Shown here: positions 12,591 through 26,517 of the stretch, one piece after another
Numbering within the stretch: position 1 is the first letter of the stretch
Layout: each line of letters begins with the position of its first letter
Source: the human T2T-CHM13v2.0 reference genome, Homo sapiens
NCBI RefSeq assembly: GCF_009914755.1
Contig: NC_060930.1
Direction: 5' to 3' (one strand)
DNA length: 64,000 bases
Position numbers and translations under genes: made by a program
Notes under the pieces: model-generated
The model's database searches: none
What the model was told of the DNA's origin: nothing
What the model saw: the letters and a program-made list of their open reading frames with translations, nothing else

Positions 12591-12594
12591 CTAC

Positions 12595-13370
12595 CCTTTA
12601 CACTTCAGTATGTGCTTCCTAAAAACAAGAACATCATTGTGTATCTTCACAACACAATTACCACTAGATACAATATTATTACCGAATCTGTAGACTAGTT
12701 AAATGTCGTCACCCGGAGTCCAGCACATGGTTGTGTTATGTTTTCTTTTCTGCTCTTTGGCTATCAATCTGGAATAGGTCCTCAGTCTTTCTATGTCTTT
12801 TTAAAAATTATTATTATTATTATTTTATATACAGGGTCTCATTCTGTTGCCCAGGCTGGAGTGCAGTGGTGTGATCATAGCTATTGTAACCTCAAACTTC
12901 TGGACTCAAGCAATCCTCCTGCCTCAGCCTCCCCAGTAGCTAGGACTACAGGCACATGCCACCTAGTGAATTTTTTATTCTCTTTTGTAGCAACGGTGTT
13001 TCACTATTTCCCAGGGTGGTCTTCAACTCCTGACCTCAAGTGAGCCTCCCACCTCAGCCTCCAAAAGTGCTGGGATTACAAGTGTGAACTACTGCACCCA
13101 GCCTTTCTTTGTCTTATGTTATTTTGATACTTTAAAGAGTAAAGCCTACTTATTTAGTGGAATACCTCTTAATTTGCATTGGTCTGTTACTGTATCATTT
13201 CCAGTTCATTCTATCAGTAGGCACATGACACTATTTTGTTCTATTTTTGGTGATGTTAACATTGGTCTCTTGGTTAAAATAGTGTCTGCAAAGTTTCTCC
13301 AGTGTAAATTTTCTCTGTAAAAATAGTAAGCACACTTTGGGGAAAATACTCTGAAATACTTGTTAATTCT
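12595..13370 (-). mobile_element. L1MC-like 3'UTR fragments flanking an Alu
   Basis: TTCAGTATGTGCTTCCTAAAAACAAGAACATC and GGTGATGTTAAC...TTGGTTAAAATAGTGTCTGCAAAGTTTCTCCAGTGTAAA. Confidence 0.6.
12808..13103 (-). mobile_element. AluJ
   Basis: ACAGGGTCTCATTCTGTTGCCCAGG, GATCATAGCT, CTCAAGCAATCCTCC; (TTA)n tail; flanks TTTCTATGTCTT/TTTCTTTGTCTT resemble a TSD. Confidence 0.92.
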
Positions 13371-15873
13371 TCAGTCCTCCTCTCACTTCTATCATCCCAC
13401 CAATTTCCACCTTCATCCCCTCAAAGTTTCAACATTTTTGCCTGGCTATAGCTTAATCGTTCTTTAGGGCACAAAAATGACTTCATTGACTCTTAGACTA
13501 AATTGTACTCTCTGTTTAATAATAATAGCTTACAGCATCATCTCAGACCCTAGCTCCAGCCTTGCTGATGTTCAGGCGGTAGAGAGGTAGATCCCCAAAT
13601 TAACAGGGTGTGGATGGGGAAATCCTGAGAGCATCGTGGCTTTCTGTAATTTGTGTTCTTCATATCTATTCTCTTCATAGAAATCATGCTTTAATGTTGT
13701 TTGTAAAAAAATATGCAAAAGTACCAGGGATATTTAAGTTAAAAAAAAAAAAGCCCTCAAAAAAAATCAAAGCCTGCAAGTGAGGTTGTGGACTTAGAGG
13801 GAGAAACATACTACGTGATATGAGACTCAGGTCACTATCATGTTTCAGTCATTTGCTGAGCAGCATCTGGTATGTGACCTCTAACAAGTCCTGACAGATC
13901 AGGTCTCGGAGGTTGAGTGCAGACACCTCTATCCCTACAAGGCATACTTTGTGGAGAGCCTGGGATTTCTGGAGGAGCTTGGAGACTGAGAAAGTTAGTA
14001 AACATTGCTGTAGTATTTGTGCTTAGCCTCTCTGAGTTCAAACAAAATTAGACAGAATCAGAACCAAATTCAAGCTCTTCACAGTGTCAGCTGGGGCAAG
14101 GCATAGTGTTTAGACATTGTCCTTATAGCACAGTTGTGCTAGTAGACATCAGAGAGAAGCTTCCAAGAAAAGGAAAGAAATTTTCTGGGAACATCTTACC
14201 TTCATCCCTGCCAGGCACAGAACTTCTCAATTAGGGAGAGAGGAGATACAGAATGAAACTATTCTACCCACTTGAAGTAAAGTGATTCGCCCCTATAACA
14301 TGCACCTTTACTAGAGTTCAGAGCTTGTAGAACAGTGCTGAGGATGTGGCAGGAGCCCAATTATATTCATACAATTAAATTGAATAATATAATACAATGG
14401 AAATTACAACCACACTGTCGTGTTGTAAGATATGTACATCATATAGCAGAAAATCATCAAAAAATGTGTGTACTCTGTATGAAAATTCAAAAGTATTTGT
14501 TTTGTTTGTATATTTCAGGAATTATAAATTTACGATTGTGTCTCTTTTTGCTTTTTCTGATTCAAAATTTAGAGCTGAAACCAAGGCTTTTGTGACATAC
14601 TAGTCCATAAGGCAGTGATTGTGTGTGCAAAGTGTGTCTCTGGTTTTATTATTCTGTTCACATATTTTTCCATTTGTATGTCTCTCAAATTTTCTAACCA
14701 TATAAACCAGAAATTTTCTTTTGCAAAGACAAGTTTCAGAAAAGAAAACATTGTCCTTAATTTAAGTCCCTAAAAACAAAATCTCACATCACTCTACTTA
14801 TTTTAATATTTAGAATAATTTGATGTTTGTGTAAGGTATATTAGTCATAAGTTAATTCAATTGAAAGTAGTTGTATATGATTTCAAGATAATATGAAAGT
14901 ATCCATTTTTTTTAAGTAGAGGAGTTTAGACCTTTAATAAAAATATCCAACCTAGAGGATGTTTTTAAAGCTGTTGTAATGTTCATAGTAACATCTTTGT
15001 GGCGAGATTAAAATTTCTATGAGAACATTACACTTGAATTCAACAAGTGCTGCCTGTTAGCATGAATAGCAAATGCACATCCATGCTTCTCTTAGATAAC
15101 AGATGTTGTCTAGGAGGATGGTGATTGCACACACGACAATTTAAAGATATAATTTTTGACATGTGAAGAGTGGAAAAGATAACGCTTGAATCACTAGAAT
15201 ATTTCTCAGTCCATTATTATAAATAGGTGCATGTACCTAAATTAATAATCTTAATTACATATAAAATTTTTGAAATTGGCTCAAAATGTTTATTAACTAT
15301 TGACTATCCCATTGGGAAGTCAGTGAAAACTTTATATCCATGTATTTGGCAACATATTTTTAATTCTATGTGTTACATATGTTTTTATGTCTTACTTTAA
15401 GTTTATTGTGAAATACAATAAAGATATATCAAAATGAATATTCAAATTTAACTATTAACAGATATTACTACTATTCATATTCATAATGCTTATTACCATT
15501 CATTATAACATTACAAGTTACTGAAATATTTAATGTTCAAATACGTTGTTCTTGAACAGGCATTTATGTTAAGTTTGTGTAAGTGATGCCATGTTCCACT
15601 AAGACAAGACCGAGATATTTAGTTCAAAGGTGACATGTCCTCTTCAATAAGTAGATTGTTATTTTGGTTCACGGTGGTGAGGTGGAGATGGGGCCAACAT
15701 TAAAGAATCAACATCAGTTTCCTACATATTTTTAGGCAGGTTTTATTTTTCAATAATATGACACACTTCCATTTTTATTTATTACATATTTGTTTCTATG
15801 TATCCTGTAAAAATATAAACAAAAAGAAACCCAAAACTTGCACTCACTATTAAAGACAGGAGTCAGGCTTGAG

Positions 15874-15973
15874 TTCCTTTTTTTCTCCCTCCCTCTCTCC
15901 TTCTTTCTCCTCCCCCGCTCTTGCTCTCTCCTTTCTCTTTTTCTTTCATTTTTTTCTTGCTTTCTTTCATTTT
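15874..15973 (+). repeat. CT-rich polypyrimidine low-complexity tract
   Basis: About 100 bp almost free of purines on the + strand. Confidence 0.8.
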
Positions 15974-17599
15974 AATACCCTTGTTCCCATTGCTAGTATT
16001 GTTAATAGAGTCTTATTTGCAATGACTCAACAGTTAAGTCTCTTTCTCCTCATTTCATTTTTTGCAGCAGTGGTTGTCAGGCCAGTGAAAATGAAATGCT
16101 GCAGTTGACAGTGTTTAATATTATTTGTTCCTATCACTGTTAACACTTCTATTATTATTGAAATGTTTAGATCAGCACTGTCAGTTCCAAAGGACCTGCT
16201 GACATACCAAGGAAAACTTTGATAAACAGCTCTGCTGTATTTCTCTATATTCTTCATAGTCCTCGTTTGAAAATCCTTTCTTGTTCCTTGGAGTAATTTA
16301 TTTTGAAGAAAAAAAAAATCTTGGTTTGTTAAGAACTCATCAATTCCTGCTTCTTATTTTCCACTTGAAGTTTTAATCCTCTGTTTCTAACCTCACAATC
16401 GGTTGCTGTGGAGGTGATTAAGATGTCACAAATATAGGATTATTGTAATTCTGGGTAGAGAATAAGCCTGAGATGATTTTCTAAAGAACAAAGAGGTCAT
16501 TTTCATGTAAATATATCAACTGCTTCAAAGTGAGGAAAGGGAATGAAACAGAAATATGAGATCTAATACTACCGGTTATAAAAGAAATGGATTAAAATTT
16601 CATATGAAAAATTAATAGCTCTGAAAAATTTATACATTATGATTTTTATGATTTTTTGAGTTCTGTGTTTCTTTGCACATGTGTGGGTCTGTAAGCTGAA
16701 AGCATGTGTGGGTCGGGATAGCCTCCTAAATACAAACATCTAATTGAATGTAATGTGTGACCTTGAACAAAGACCAATTTTTCCTTTGATTTGTAGAAAC
16801 CAGTGTCATTTTATAATTATACTTCGTGCCTTCTGTTGCATTTGAAAGAATATTTCAGGACATCACAATTCCCCTGAAGTTGTGTATCCTGTATCAATTA
16901 CATATTAGATTACAGACTTGATATTGCTTTTTCTAAGTAATTTAAATCTGGGAAGTTACTGAGTAAGTTGTAAATACCTTCTGAGAATCTTCCTCTTCTT
17001 CTTACTCTAAGTATAGTAGGAAGGTATTTCCCAGCCTAAGGCACAGAGTAGGCTTTTAGTTAATACTTGTCAAGTAACAACAGGGGACAGACTTCTCTGC
17101 TTCTGAAGAAAAATGATGCCTTGACAAACTTTTGAATGGTAAGAGTTACAGAGAACTTTTCCTCCCCCGCCTCCCAGGCCATGGCATTTTATCGCTCCAC
17201 TGATGAGCATACAGCTCCATCTGGGGGCAGGGCCAGAATGGAACATTTTCTCATAGTCTTGGTCTCTTGGCCACATAGCTGTCATCTTTGTGCATCAGTC
17301 AGGCGCTCCCTTCGTCACTAGCACTGAACTGCTCATGGAAGAAAATTTAGTGCCTTGCGATTGGGACTAGCTCCAGCTACCGCATTTCAGGGCATTCCTT
17401 AGGATCACTGGGGGCATCATTATGATCAATTCCAAAGGATACTCTTGAGGAGCCCTAAAACCTTAGACTTAGTGATAATGTAATATTTTCCTGCTTCTCT
17501 CTTGTTTCTGGGGCATCTCTTTCCTCTGGTTTTCTTTCTAACTCTTGTCTTTCCTTGCCAGTCTAATTTGCACATCACTTAGTCAGCTGCTCCACAGAT

Positions 17600-18160
17600 C
17601 GTCTGTATGTAACCCTTTTCTCTTGTCATTCTTCACCCTTCTTTATAAAACGATATCCACACTCATATCTTAAAATAACTTCTTTCCTCTGATGGCTACC
17701 ACATCTGCACTTAAATCCTTTTCCTCTTGAGATTCACCCTGCAAGTATAATTGTGTCCTACTGAGTTTTGTTTGAGTATCTTGCAGGTAATATGCTCAAA
17801 GTTCTTCATCTTCCCAACTAAATCATATCTATCTTTTTCTAGTTTGGAGATGAAATGTTACCTTCCTTTTTTTGTGTGTGCCCTAATGTTAATTACCCCA
17901 ATCCATCAACAGGTTCTGCCAATTCTGGTTGCTCAAGAAGTCTCCAATCTGTCCTTTATTTATGTATCCTCACTACAATAACCATAGTGATGTTCTTATA
18001 TTTGGCTACCTGGACCACTGCAACAGCATTTTAATAACCACTTCCCAACATTTAATTCATCCTTTCAACTGCAGAGTTACTGTTCTAAATAAGCAAGTCA
18101 TTTATGTCATCATTCTGCATTAAACACTTAAAATCTTCCCCATATCCATCAGGGTCAGTC
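17600..18160 (+). mobile_element. L2 fragment
   Basis: CCAATCCATCAACAGGTTCTG and CCTGGACCACTGCAACAGC match recalled L2 motifs; highly diverged. Confidence 0.6.
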
Positions 18161-18179
18161 TGATTGAGTGTTTAATGTT

Positions 18180-18400
18180 ACAGAGGCAGACAGTCTGGCT
18201 TCAAGTGCTGGCTCTTCCACTTAGCAGTTGATGAATTTGGCCCATTTATTCAACCTCTCTGTGCCTCATCTTCCTTACCTGTAAAATGGTGTTAATATTG
18301 AACTTACAGGCTGCCCAAGGGAAAGACATGAATGACTTTCTATAAATGTGTAGTGCAATAACTGTTGGCCATAGTAAGTACTTAATAAATATTCATTATA
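18180..18400 (+). mobile_element. MIR
   Basis: Core AACCTCTCTGTGCCTCATCTTCCTTACCTGTAAAATGG; tail CATAGTAAGTACTTAATAAATATT. Confidence 0.8.
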
Positions 18401-18615
18401 GTCATCTCAATCATGATCCCCATCATTAGTATCGTCATCATAATCCTCATAGGTGCTATGGTCTAAATGCATTCCCAGCATTTATACATAGAAACTTAAT
18501 TGCCACTCTGATCATATGTAAAGACGTGGGACATTTAGGAGGTAGTTGTCATGAGTGTGGATCCCTCATGAATGGGATTAGAAACCTTGTGATGCCTTAT
18601 AAAAGAAGTTGAAGG

Positions 18616-19256
<641 letters not shown>

Positions 19257-19489
19257 AAAAAAAGTTGAAGGAGGTGTTCTTTTGTGCTTTTCTTTTCCTT
19301 CTTGTGAGGACTCACCAAGAGATGCCATCTTGGCAGCAGAGAGCAGCTCTCACCAGACACAAAATCTGCTAGCACCTTGACCTTGGACTTCCCCTCTTCC
19401 AGAACTGTGAGAAAAGAAATTTCTGTGATTTATCAGTTTCCCAGTTTCAGGTATTTTGTTTTAGCAGTACAGACTGAAACAACAGAAAA

Positions 19490-21810
19490 AAAAGACAGTG
19501 ACATTGCATTCAAGACTGTCCACATCTACTAGCTTTACAGTCTCCTCCATAAATAAACACTCCTAAAGCTTGCTTCTCCCTCTGGTCTAAGAAGGCATTT
19601 TGTTGTTCAAATGGGATGCATACTCTCCCTGCTATTCCCCTTATCATTCCCTTTATCTTCCTATGAAAACTATAGCTTATCCTCTGAGCTATTATTCAAA
19701 TTCAGCTCTGTGCAACTTTTCTTTATGCACATAAGAAAAGTTGGGTGTTCATTTTTGTGTTTTCATACTACCATATGAATATTTCTAATATTGCCTTTCA
19801 CACATCAGTTTGTCTTTATTGACTACGTTATTTATTATTAGAGGGCTATGAAGATGTCGTAGAGCAAACATTGAGCTTTATTCATATCTCTAGTGTTTTG
19901 TACAATGTCTGGAATATCGTAGATCTTCAAAATCATTTTAAGTGCATGGTATACACTCACTGGTTTTACCTTTAAAATTGACTGTTTGAAATAAGCATAT
20001 TTTTACTTAAGCAGAGGATCCAAGTGGGCTTTAGAGGAAGTCTTGATTCAACATATACCTTCTAAAACTCCCTCTTGTGTTATAGTCATACTCTACTGAT
20101 CTCTGTCTTTATGACACACATTTCTTTAGGTATCAAATGTAGAATTTATCTCAGAAATGCTTAGGAATCTAGACTTTTTCTCCGTCTAAACTCACCAGTT
20201 CTTGCAGAGCTGTTGGTATTATGTTCTTAAAAAAGAAATTTGACAAAGTCCTTCCCCTGCTTAAAGATTCTTTCATGAAAGTAAAAATATGTACACCCCA
20301 CTTCTAAATGCAAATCTTTTTACAATCTATCTCTAGAGATCTTCGTCAGTCTTAATTTCAATCATCACCCTAAACTACACTCAACTTTGCACCTTGCACT
20401 CCTGGAGAGAAACAAGGAAGATCTTTCACTCTTCTACATCTTTGCATTCATTCATTCTTACATTTGACTAAAATGTCCTTCATTCATTCACCTGGAACAT
20501 TAGTTGTGTCCAAATCTCTGGTTCAAATTCATTGCATTTCATTCCTTCATTCATTCATTCACTCATTAAATCTATTAATTGAACAAGTATTATCTTCAAT
20601 TCCCTGTGTTGCTATGCCTTTCCATTTCTCCACATCTTTACCAGGTGCATTTAATCACAGCACCATCTCCCCCTCCATACTCAGGCCCAGACCACCCAGA
20701 AAACTCTAGTCCCATTCCTATTTCTTATGCTTAATTCCTTTTCTTCATGTGTTATTTCAGAGTGATTCTTTCCTGTTTCATCATGGGCCTCCCTTTATTA
20801 GCTTTTTCCTTCCCATATTTTCATGCATTTTTTTTCCAATTGCATCTTTCCGGGCAGCATAAAAATATACCTACTCCCACATTAATAAGCAAACAATAAA
20901 AACTCAACACCAAAATCTTTCCTATGCTACACTCAAGCCACTACCGTCTATGGATTTTTTTTTTTTTACCATTTCTTAAACTAGTCATCTACTGTCAATA
21001 TCTTTATTTCTCTCCTCATTCCTCTATTTTTGAATCTAGTGAAAAAAATATTTTCACTAAAACAACTTTAATTAATACTGCCAATGATATCTTTATTGCA
21101 AATACCATGGTTATTTATTTTAAAAAAACATTTCTGCTGAGTGTACTAGTATTGATTATTTCCTACTTGAACCATTCTCTCTTCCCCTTGACTTGCAGGA
21201 CTCAAGTTTCCTCTGTTGGCAGTCTCTGACTGTATGTTCTTATCTCTTTCCTGGAGTCACAATCTTAACTTCTCTCATTTTATCTTACATATATATTCCA
21301 TTTTAATTCATCTACCTACGTAACTCTTTATAGATGATTTGGAAAAAAATTTCAAAACCTAATTTTCTGCCACAAACTTTTAAATTACCTATTAAGTCTC
21401 TATTTGCAAAAATCTAAGTACTCAAAGTTTAACATGATTAAAGGAGAACTCTATCTTTTTCACTCACGGTTGCTCCATTCCTTGTATTTCCTATTTTGGA
21501 GATTGATCTCATTATTCATTCTTCCTCTCAAGAGACAACTTGGAATCCAGCCTGCATTCCTATCATTCTCAATCTCTATATCCTGCTAATTGTACTTTAT
21601 GATACTGGCCCTTTCTTCCTTTCTCTTCTCTGTCTTTCCGCCTAACTTTTGGCTGTCATCTTTCTTTCCTGGATGACATCCACAGCACCTTCACTCATTT
21701 ACCTGCCTCCAGTCTTCCTTTGCTTAATTTATTCCACAGTCAAAAAGACAATTCTCTTTCAAAAAATCACTTTATCACTCCCCTGCAAAAATTTTTCTGC
21801 ACTATAATCT
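19490..21810 (+). mobile_element. Series of degraded L2 fragments
   Basis: L2 3'-end-like text near 19830-19950; CCAATGATATCTTTATTGCAAAT, CCTACTTGAACCATTCTC, CTCATTTACCTGCCTCCAGTCT; (CATT)n runs. Confidence 0.5.
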
Positions 21811-21989
21811 TTTGCTTTTGTCCTCCAAATTTATTTTTTCTAACATTCATGGGGGAAAATGTTTGTCTCAAACACTCTCTTGTGTTGTTCATCTTTCTAT
21901 AACTTCTTTATATCAATTGCTTTTTTTGTGTTGCTCTCACCTATTTCCTGGCCCACTCCATTCCTTGTTCTGCTTTCTTTCATTTTACA

Positions 21990-22370
21990 TTTAGTCACAA
22001 GTGACAGTAGGATGGCTTCTAGCAGCTCACAGTCTGTGAGATAATAGATTCAAGCCCAGTTTCTTCTTGGTATCACCTGTAAACATTTTGAGAGTCACTA
22101 TATGTCAACTAATCTGGTTCCCATATCTATCCCTGAATCAATTAGTGTTCTGGGCTGCTGGAATTGTAGGCCTGGATAATATGCTTACTGCTGAAGTGTC
22201 ACTTTAGCCAGGAGGATTCAGGCTGTGTGTGATTGTCCTGGCCTAAGGCATTATGTCAACCTGTGGAATTTAGAGTGGAGCACTACTTGGACAGTGGATT
22301 GATGGGGCAGAAGTGGTGGTCTCCAAGGGAACTTTGGGGTGTTGATATGAGAAGAAGTACAAATTCTTAA
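21990..22370 (-). mobile_element. Ancient MLT1-type LTR fragment
   Basis: CCCTGAATCAAT..., GCCAGGAGGATT...GTGATTGTCCTGGCCTAAG...ATGTCAACC resemble antisense MLT1K/L. Confidence 0.4.
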
Positions 22371-22399
22371 ACATCATCCTACCCTTGACTGGCCAGACA

Positions 22400-22650
22400 C
22401 AAATATCATAGGTTTGTTACATCTTCCCTGACTTCTGACTCCCAATTTTGGTTAGGTGATCCAAATCTGTGTCTCTACAGAAACCTGTGCTCAAATATAT
22501 AACCTGTTGTTATTAGTTATAGGCCATAAACTCCTAATGGTAAAGTCTGTTGGAAGTTAGTTTTGAATCCTCAGCACATGTCCTAATTCCTGTCATAAAT
22601 TTGGCACAGAATAAATGCTTTCTTTACTTATGGGATTAAATAATAAATGA
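22400..22650 (+). mobile_element. L2 3' end
   Basis: GAATCCTCAGCAC...AATAAATGCTT terminal motifs. Confidence 0.45.
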
Positions 22651-22924
22651 ACACCGTATTCTACATCCTGAGTTAAAAAACTTCAAAGTAGAAGCCTTCT
22701 CTCACTGCTTCAGACTTAGTTTTTCCATCCTTTATACAGCTTTTAAATGGGACTTATCCATTTCCATATGTGTCACTGGATGGTGTCTTATTAATCTTAT
22801 TAATCTTTGAGCAAATATACATTGCTTAATAATGTTTGGTGAACAAATGAATGAAAGTGTGAATGAGAGAATAAGTAAATGATGAATGAAGAGTAATTTA
22901 CTTCCCAAGCTCTCCTGTGCCTCA

Positions 22925-23115
22925 TTAAACCCTATGGAGTCAGCCAGGAAAGATTAAGCAAAAATTCGATCATTGTACAATTGGGAAGCTAGAAGTCTGG
23001 AGAAGCCAAATTACATTTGCCATGAAACTTACTTTGTGACCTTGAGGATGGCAGAATAGAATTTAGGTCTCTTCACTCTCACATGCAGAGTTCTTTTTGC
23101 TGAGTTGCATTGTCT
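22925..23115 (-). mobile_element. MIR (diverged)
   Basis: AACCCTATGGAG...CATTGTACAATTGGGAAGCTAGAAGTCTGGAGA...GAATTTAGGTCTCTTCACTC. Confidence 0.5.
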
Positions 23116-23624
23116 GAGTTCATATTCAATCATCTCAATTTTCACTCATAGATACTAGAAAATTTTGACTGTCTTAAATGTGAGAGAATCAGAATGCATA
23201 GTTGATTTCTTCAAAGGACATAACACTTAATGCCTAGTAAAATTCACTTTAACTTCATATTCTGTACCTTTACTTTAAAAATAATTTTATTTGCTAGATG
23301 CTAGTTGGGGCACACCTTATTTTTAATTATTAAGTTATATAATAACTACTTTCTATAAGTTGTACTCTATTATAGAGAGACCAAGCCACATGCAGAATTT
23401 ATCTTTTTCTTTACAGAAATAGAAAACATATAGAGAAATATATAAACATTTGTTTTAGTAGAATGTCAACACTAAAGCCATCAATTTTTCCAAAGTTTGC
23501 AAGTGGTGAAAATTACGACTGTTTCTAGCAGTTCACTAGTGTGATTTCTGCCAGTTAACATTTCTGATATTCCCAAATTCAAAAGTCCGCACTGTAGACA
23601 CATTGCCTTGCATATAATAAATAA

Positions 23625-23972
<348 letters not shown>

Positions 23973-25092
23973 TAACATCATTTTTAACATCTTCTTTTTA
24001 ACTTCTACTATTCACTAGTTTGTGACCTTGGGCAAGACCTTCCTTAACTAATGAGTTTCAGATTTTTACCTGTTAAGGAAGTAGTTTATTTCACACATAT
24101 TGAGTATATACTCTGTACAGTTAAGGGTATTATAAATCAGTAGTTAGTAATTAATAAGACTATAGTATATTGATTAATAGATAAATAGAGATATATTTAT
24201 TTGTCTATTCCCAAGGAACTTGCAGCCCATTAAGAAAGATAGCCATTAATTACATTATTTTAAAGGTTGAATAAAGTTTATACAAAAGCATGAAGTTTTA
24301 TGAGAATATTTCATAGGAATCTAGCCTGATGATCAGGTTTCTGCAAGATGTTGGTTAAGTTTGGCTACCTGTGCATGTCTTCATGACAAGATCCCCAAGC
24401 ATAACATTATGTAACATTATCTATTAAGACTGCACATTTGCAGACTCTAGTTCTCTAAATGTGTCTAGATTTGACCACAAAGAACCATTTTTGTTTTGTT
24501 TTTAATTTGAACTTCAGAGGTTTTTTTTGTGTGTGTGTTTCTTCAATGTCCATCTTGCTACAACAATGTATATTTAGACTTTAAGTACTTATATTGCTTA
24601 TCTAAGGCTGATAGTTAAATACTTCACAATCAGTAGTGCACACTATCTGATATCTGCTAATTTACAATTCAAGTCCCAGGAAAGAATATAATTTCACTGC
24701 TGTTGAGCATAGAAAGAAACATCTGTTGCCTCCCACCTTACATTTTAAATCTACATATTTTACATATCTACAATCCTAGAGGCTTTTGAGATAATCTACC
24801 TTCATCACATTGTTGGTGTTTTAAAAAAATATTTCTCTGGAATACTATCGATGTCAATTTTTATGCTCTTTTCAGGCTCTAAAATTAACTTTTTCTGAGT
24901 TTATGATTTTTGGTCTTTTAAAAAAGCTTTTTATTTTAAAATAATTATAGATTCACAAGAAGTTCTAAAAAAATAGTTGAAGAGGGGTGTTTTGTGTACC
25001 CTTCATCTGGTTTCCTACAATGGTTACATCTCACATAACTATAGTAAAATGTCAACACCAGGAAATTGGTATTGGCATATTAGATGTATATA

Positions 25093-25305
25093 TAGTCATG
25101 TATCACTTAATGATGGGTATGCTTTCTGAGAAATGCATCACTAGGCAATTTCATCAATATGCCAACATCATAGAGTATCCTTATATAAATCTAGATGGTA
25201 TAGCCTTCCTACACATCTAGGCTAGATGGTACAGCTTATTACTCCTAAGTACAATCCTGTGTAGCATGTTATTCTACTGTATACTGTAGACAATTGTAAT
25301 ACAAT
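25093..25305. mobile_element. Tigger3/MER7 (TcMar-Tigger) fragment with one terminus only
   Basis: TAGTCATGTATCACTTAATGATGGG...TTCTGAGAAATGCATCACTAGGCAATTTC...CTAGATGGTATAGCC...ACTGTAGACAATTGTAATACAAT, preceded by TA. Confidence 0.88.
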
Positions 25306-25548
25306 TTGTGTAACCACACTCCAGTCAAAATACAGAACTATTTTACCATCACAAAGATCGCTGACACATTACCCTTTTATATTCATAGTTTCCACCCTTC
25401 CCTCTCTGGTATCTGAACCCCGGCAATGACTGATTTGTTTTTATCACTATAATTTTGTCATTTAAAGAATGTTACATGAATGGGATCAGAAATTAACTGA
25501 CCTTTTGAGATTGCCTTTTCCACTCAGCATCATGCTGACTTTGAGATC

Positions 25549-25918
25549 TGCTACAGTCTAAATACTGTGTCCTCTCAAAATTCATATGTTGAAATCCTAA
25601 CCACCAAGGTTAGGATGGAAGTATTAAGAGGCAGGCTTTTGGAGAGTGATTAGATCACAAGGTTGGATCCCTCATGATTGAAGTTAGTGCCCTTATAAAA
25701 GAGGCTGCAGAGAACTAGCTAGCCCTTTCCACCATGTGAGAACACAGTGAAAAGATGCCACCTGTTAACCAGGAAATAGGGCCTCACCAGATGCCAAAGC
25801 TGCTGCCGCCTTAATCTTGCACTTCTCAGCCTCCAGAACTGTGAGAAATAAATGTTTGTTGTTTATCAGCTACCCAATTTATGATATTTTGTTATTCCTG
25901 TATGAAAGGTATAAGAAA
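25549..25918 (+). mobile_element. MLT1A0-like solo LTR
   Basis: CAAAATTCATATGTTGAAATCCTAACC...GCCCTTATAAAAGAGG...CCAGAACTGTGAGAAATAAATG; 5-bp TSD AGATC/AGATG. Confidence 0.88.
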
Positions 25919-26475
25919 AGATGGATACATGCAAAGCTTTGTATCTATCAATAATGTGTTCATTTTTATTGCTAATTAGTATTCCATGATATGTATTTAC
26001 CATAGTTTGTTTAGCCATTTGCCTATTGGGGGACATTTGGGTTGCTTTAGTTTTGGAGTACTAAAAATAGAGCTCCTATGAACAATTATGCACAGGTGTT
26101 TTTGTGAATATAAATTTTTATTTTATTGGGATAAATTCAAAGGAAAGCAATTGCTGGAGGAAAGCAATTTGCTAAAAAGCAAAGTTTACTTTTTAAAAAA
26201 CTGCCAAATTATTTTCAAGATTGACTATATGATTTTATATTTCATCCATCAATGTATGAGATTTTCTTTGCATCCTTATCTGCATTTGTTATTTTCAGCA
26301 TTTTTTATTTCAGCTGTTTAATTAGGTGTGCAGTGTTATATTTTTGTGATCTTAATTTGCATTTTTCTATTAGCTAGTGATTTGCACATCTGTTTATGCA
26401 TTCATTTGCTAGCTATATATCCTCTTCAGTGAAATGTCCCTTCATATCTTTTGCCCATTTCATATTTTCATTGAC

Positions 26476-26517
26476 TTTTTACTGTTGAGGTGTTTATTTT
26501 TACTGTTGAGGTATTTA
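26476..26517 (+). repeat. 21-bp tandem duplication
   Basis: TTTTTACTGTTGAGGTGTTTA followed by TTTTTACTGTTGAGGTATTTA. Confidence 0.85.

Noticed and set aside
14190-14600. Isolated splice-like motifs (minus-strand AAG|GTAAGA near 14199; + strand TTTCAG near 14518)
   Set aside because: No convincing partner site or open frame; such motifs are common in AT-rich DNA.
21037-21059. 9-bp inverted repeat TAGTGAAAA/TTTTCACTA
   Set aside because: Short, AT-rich and inside degraded L2; expected by chance.
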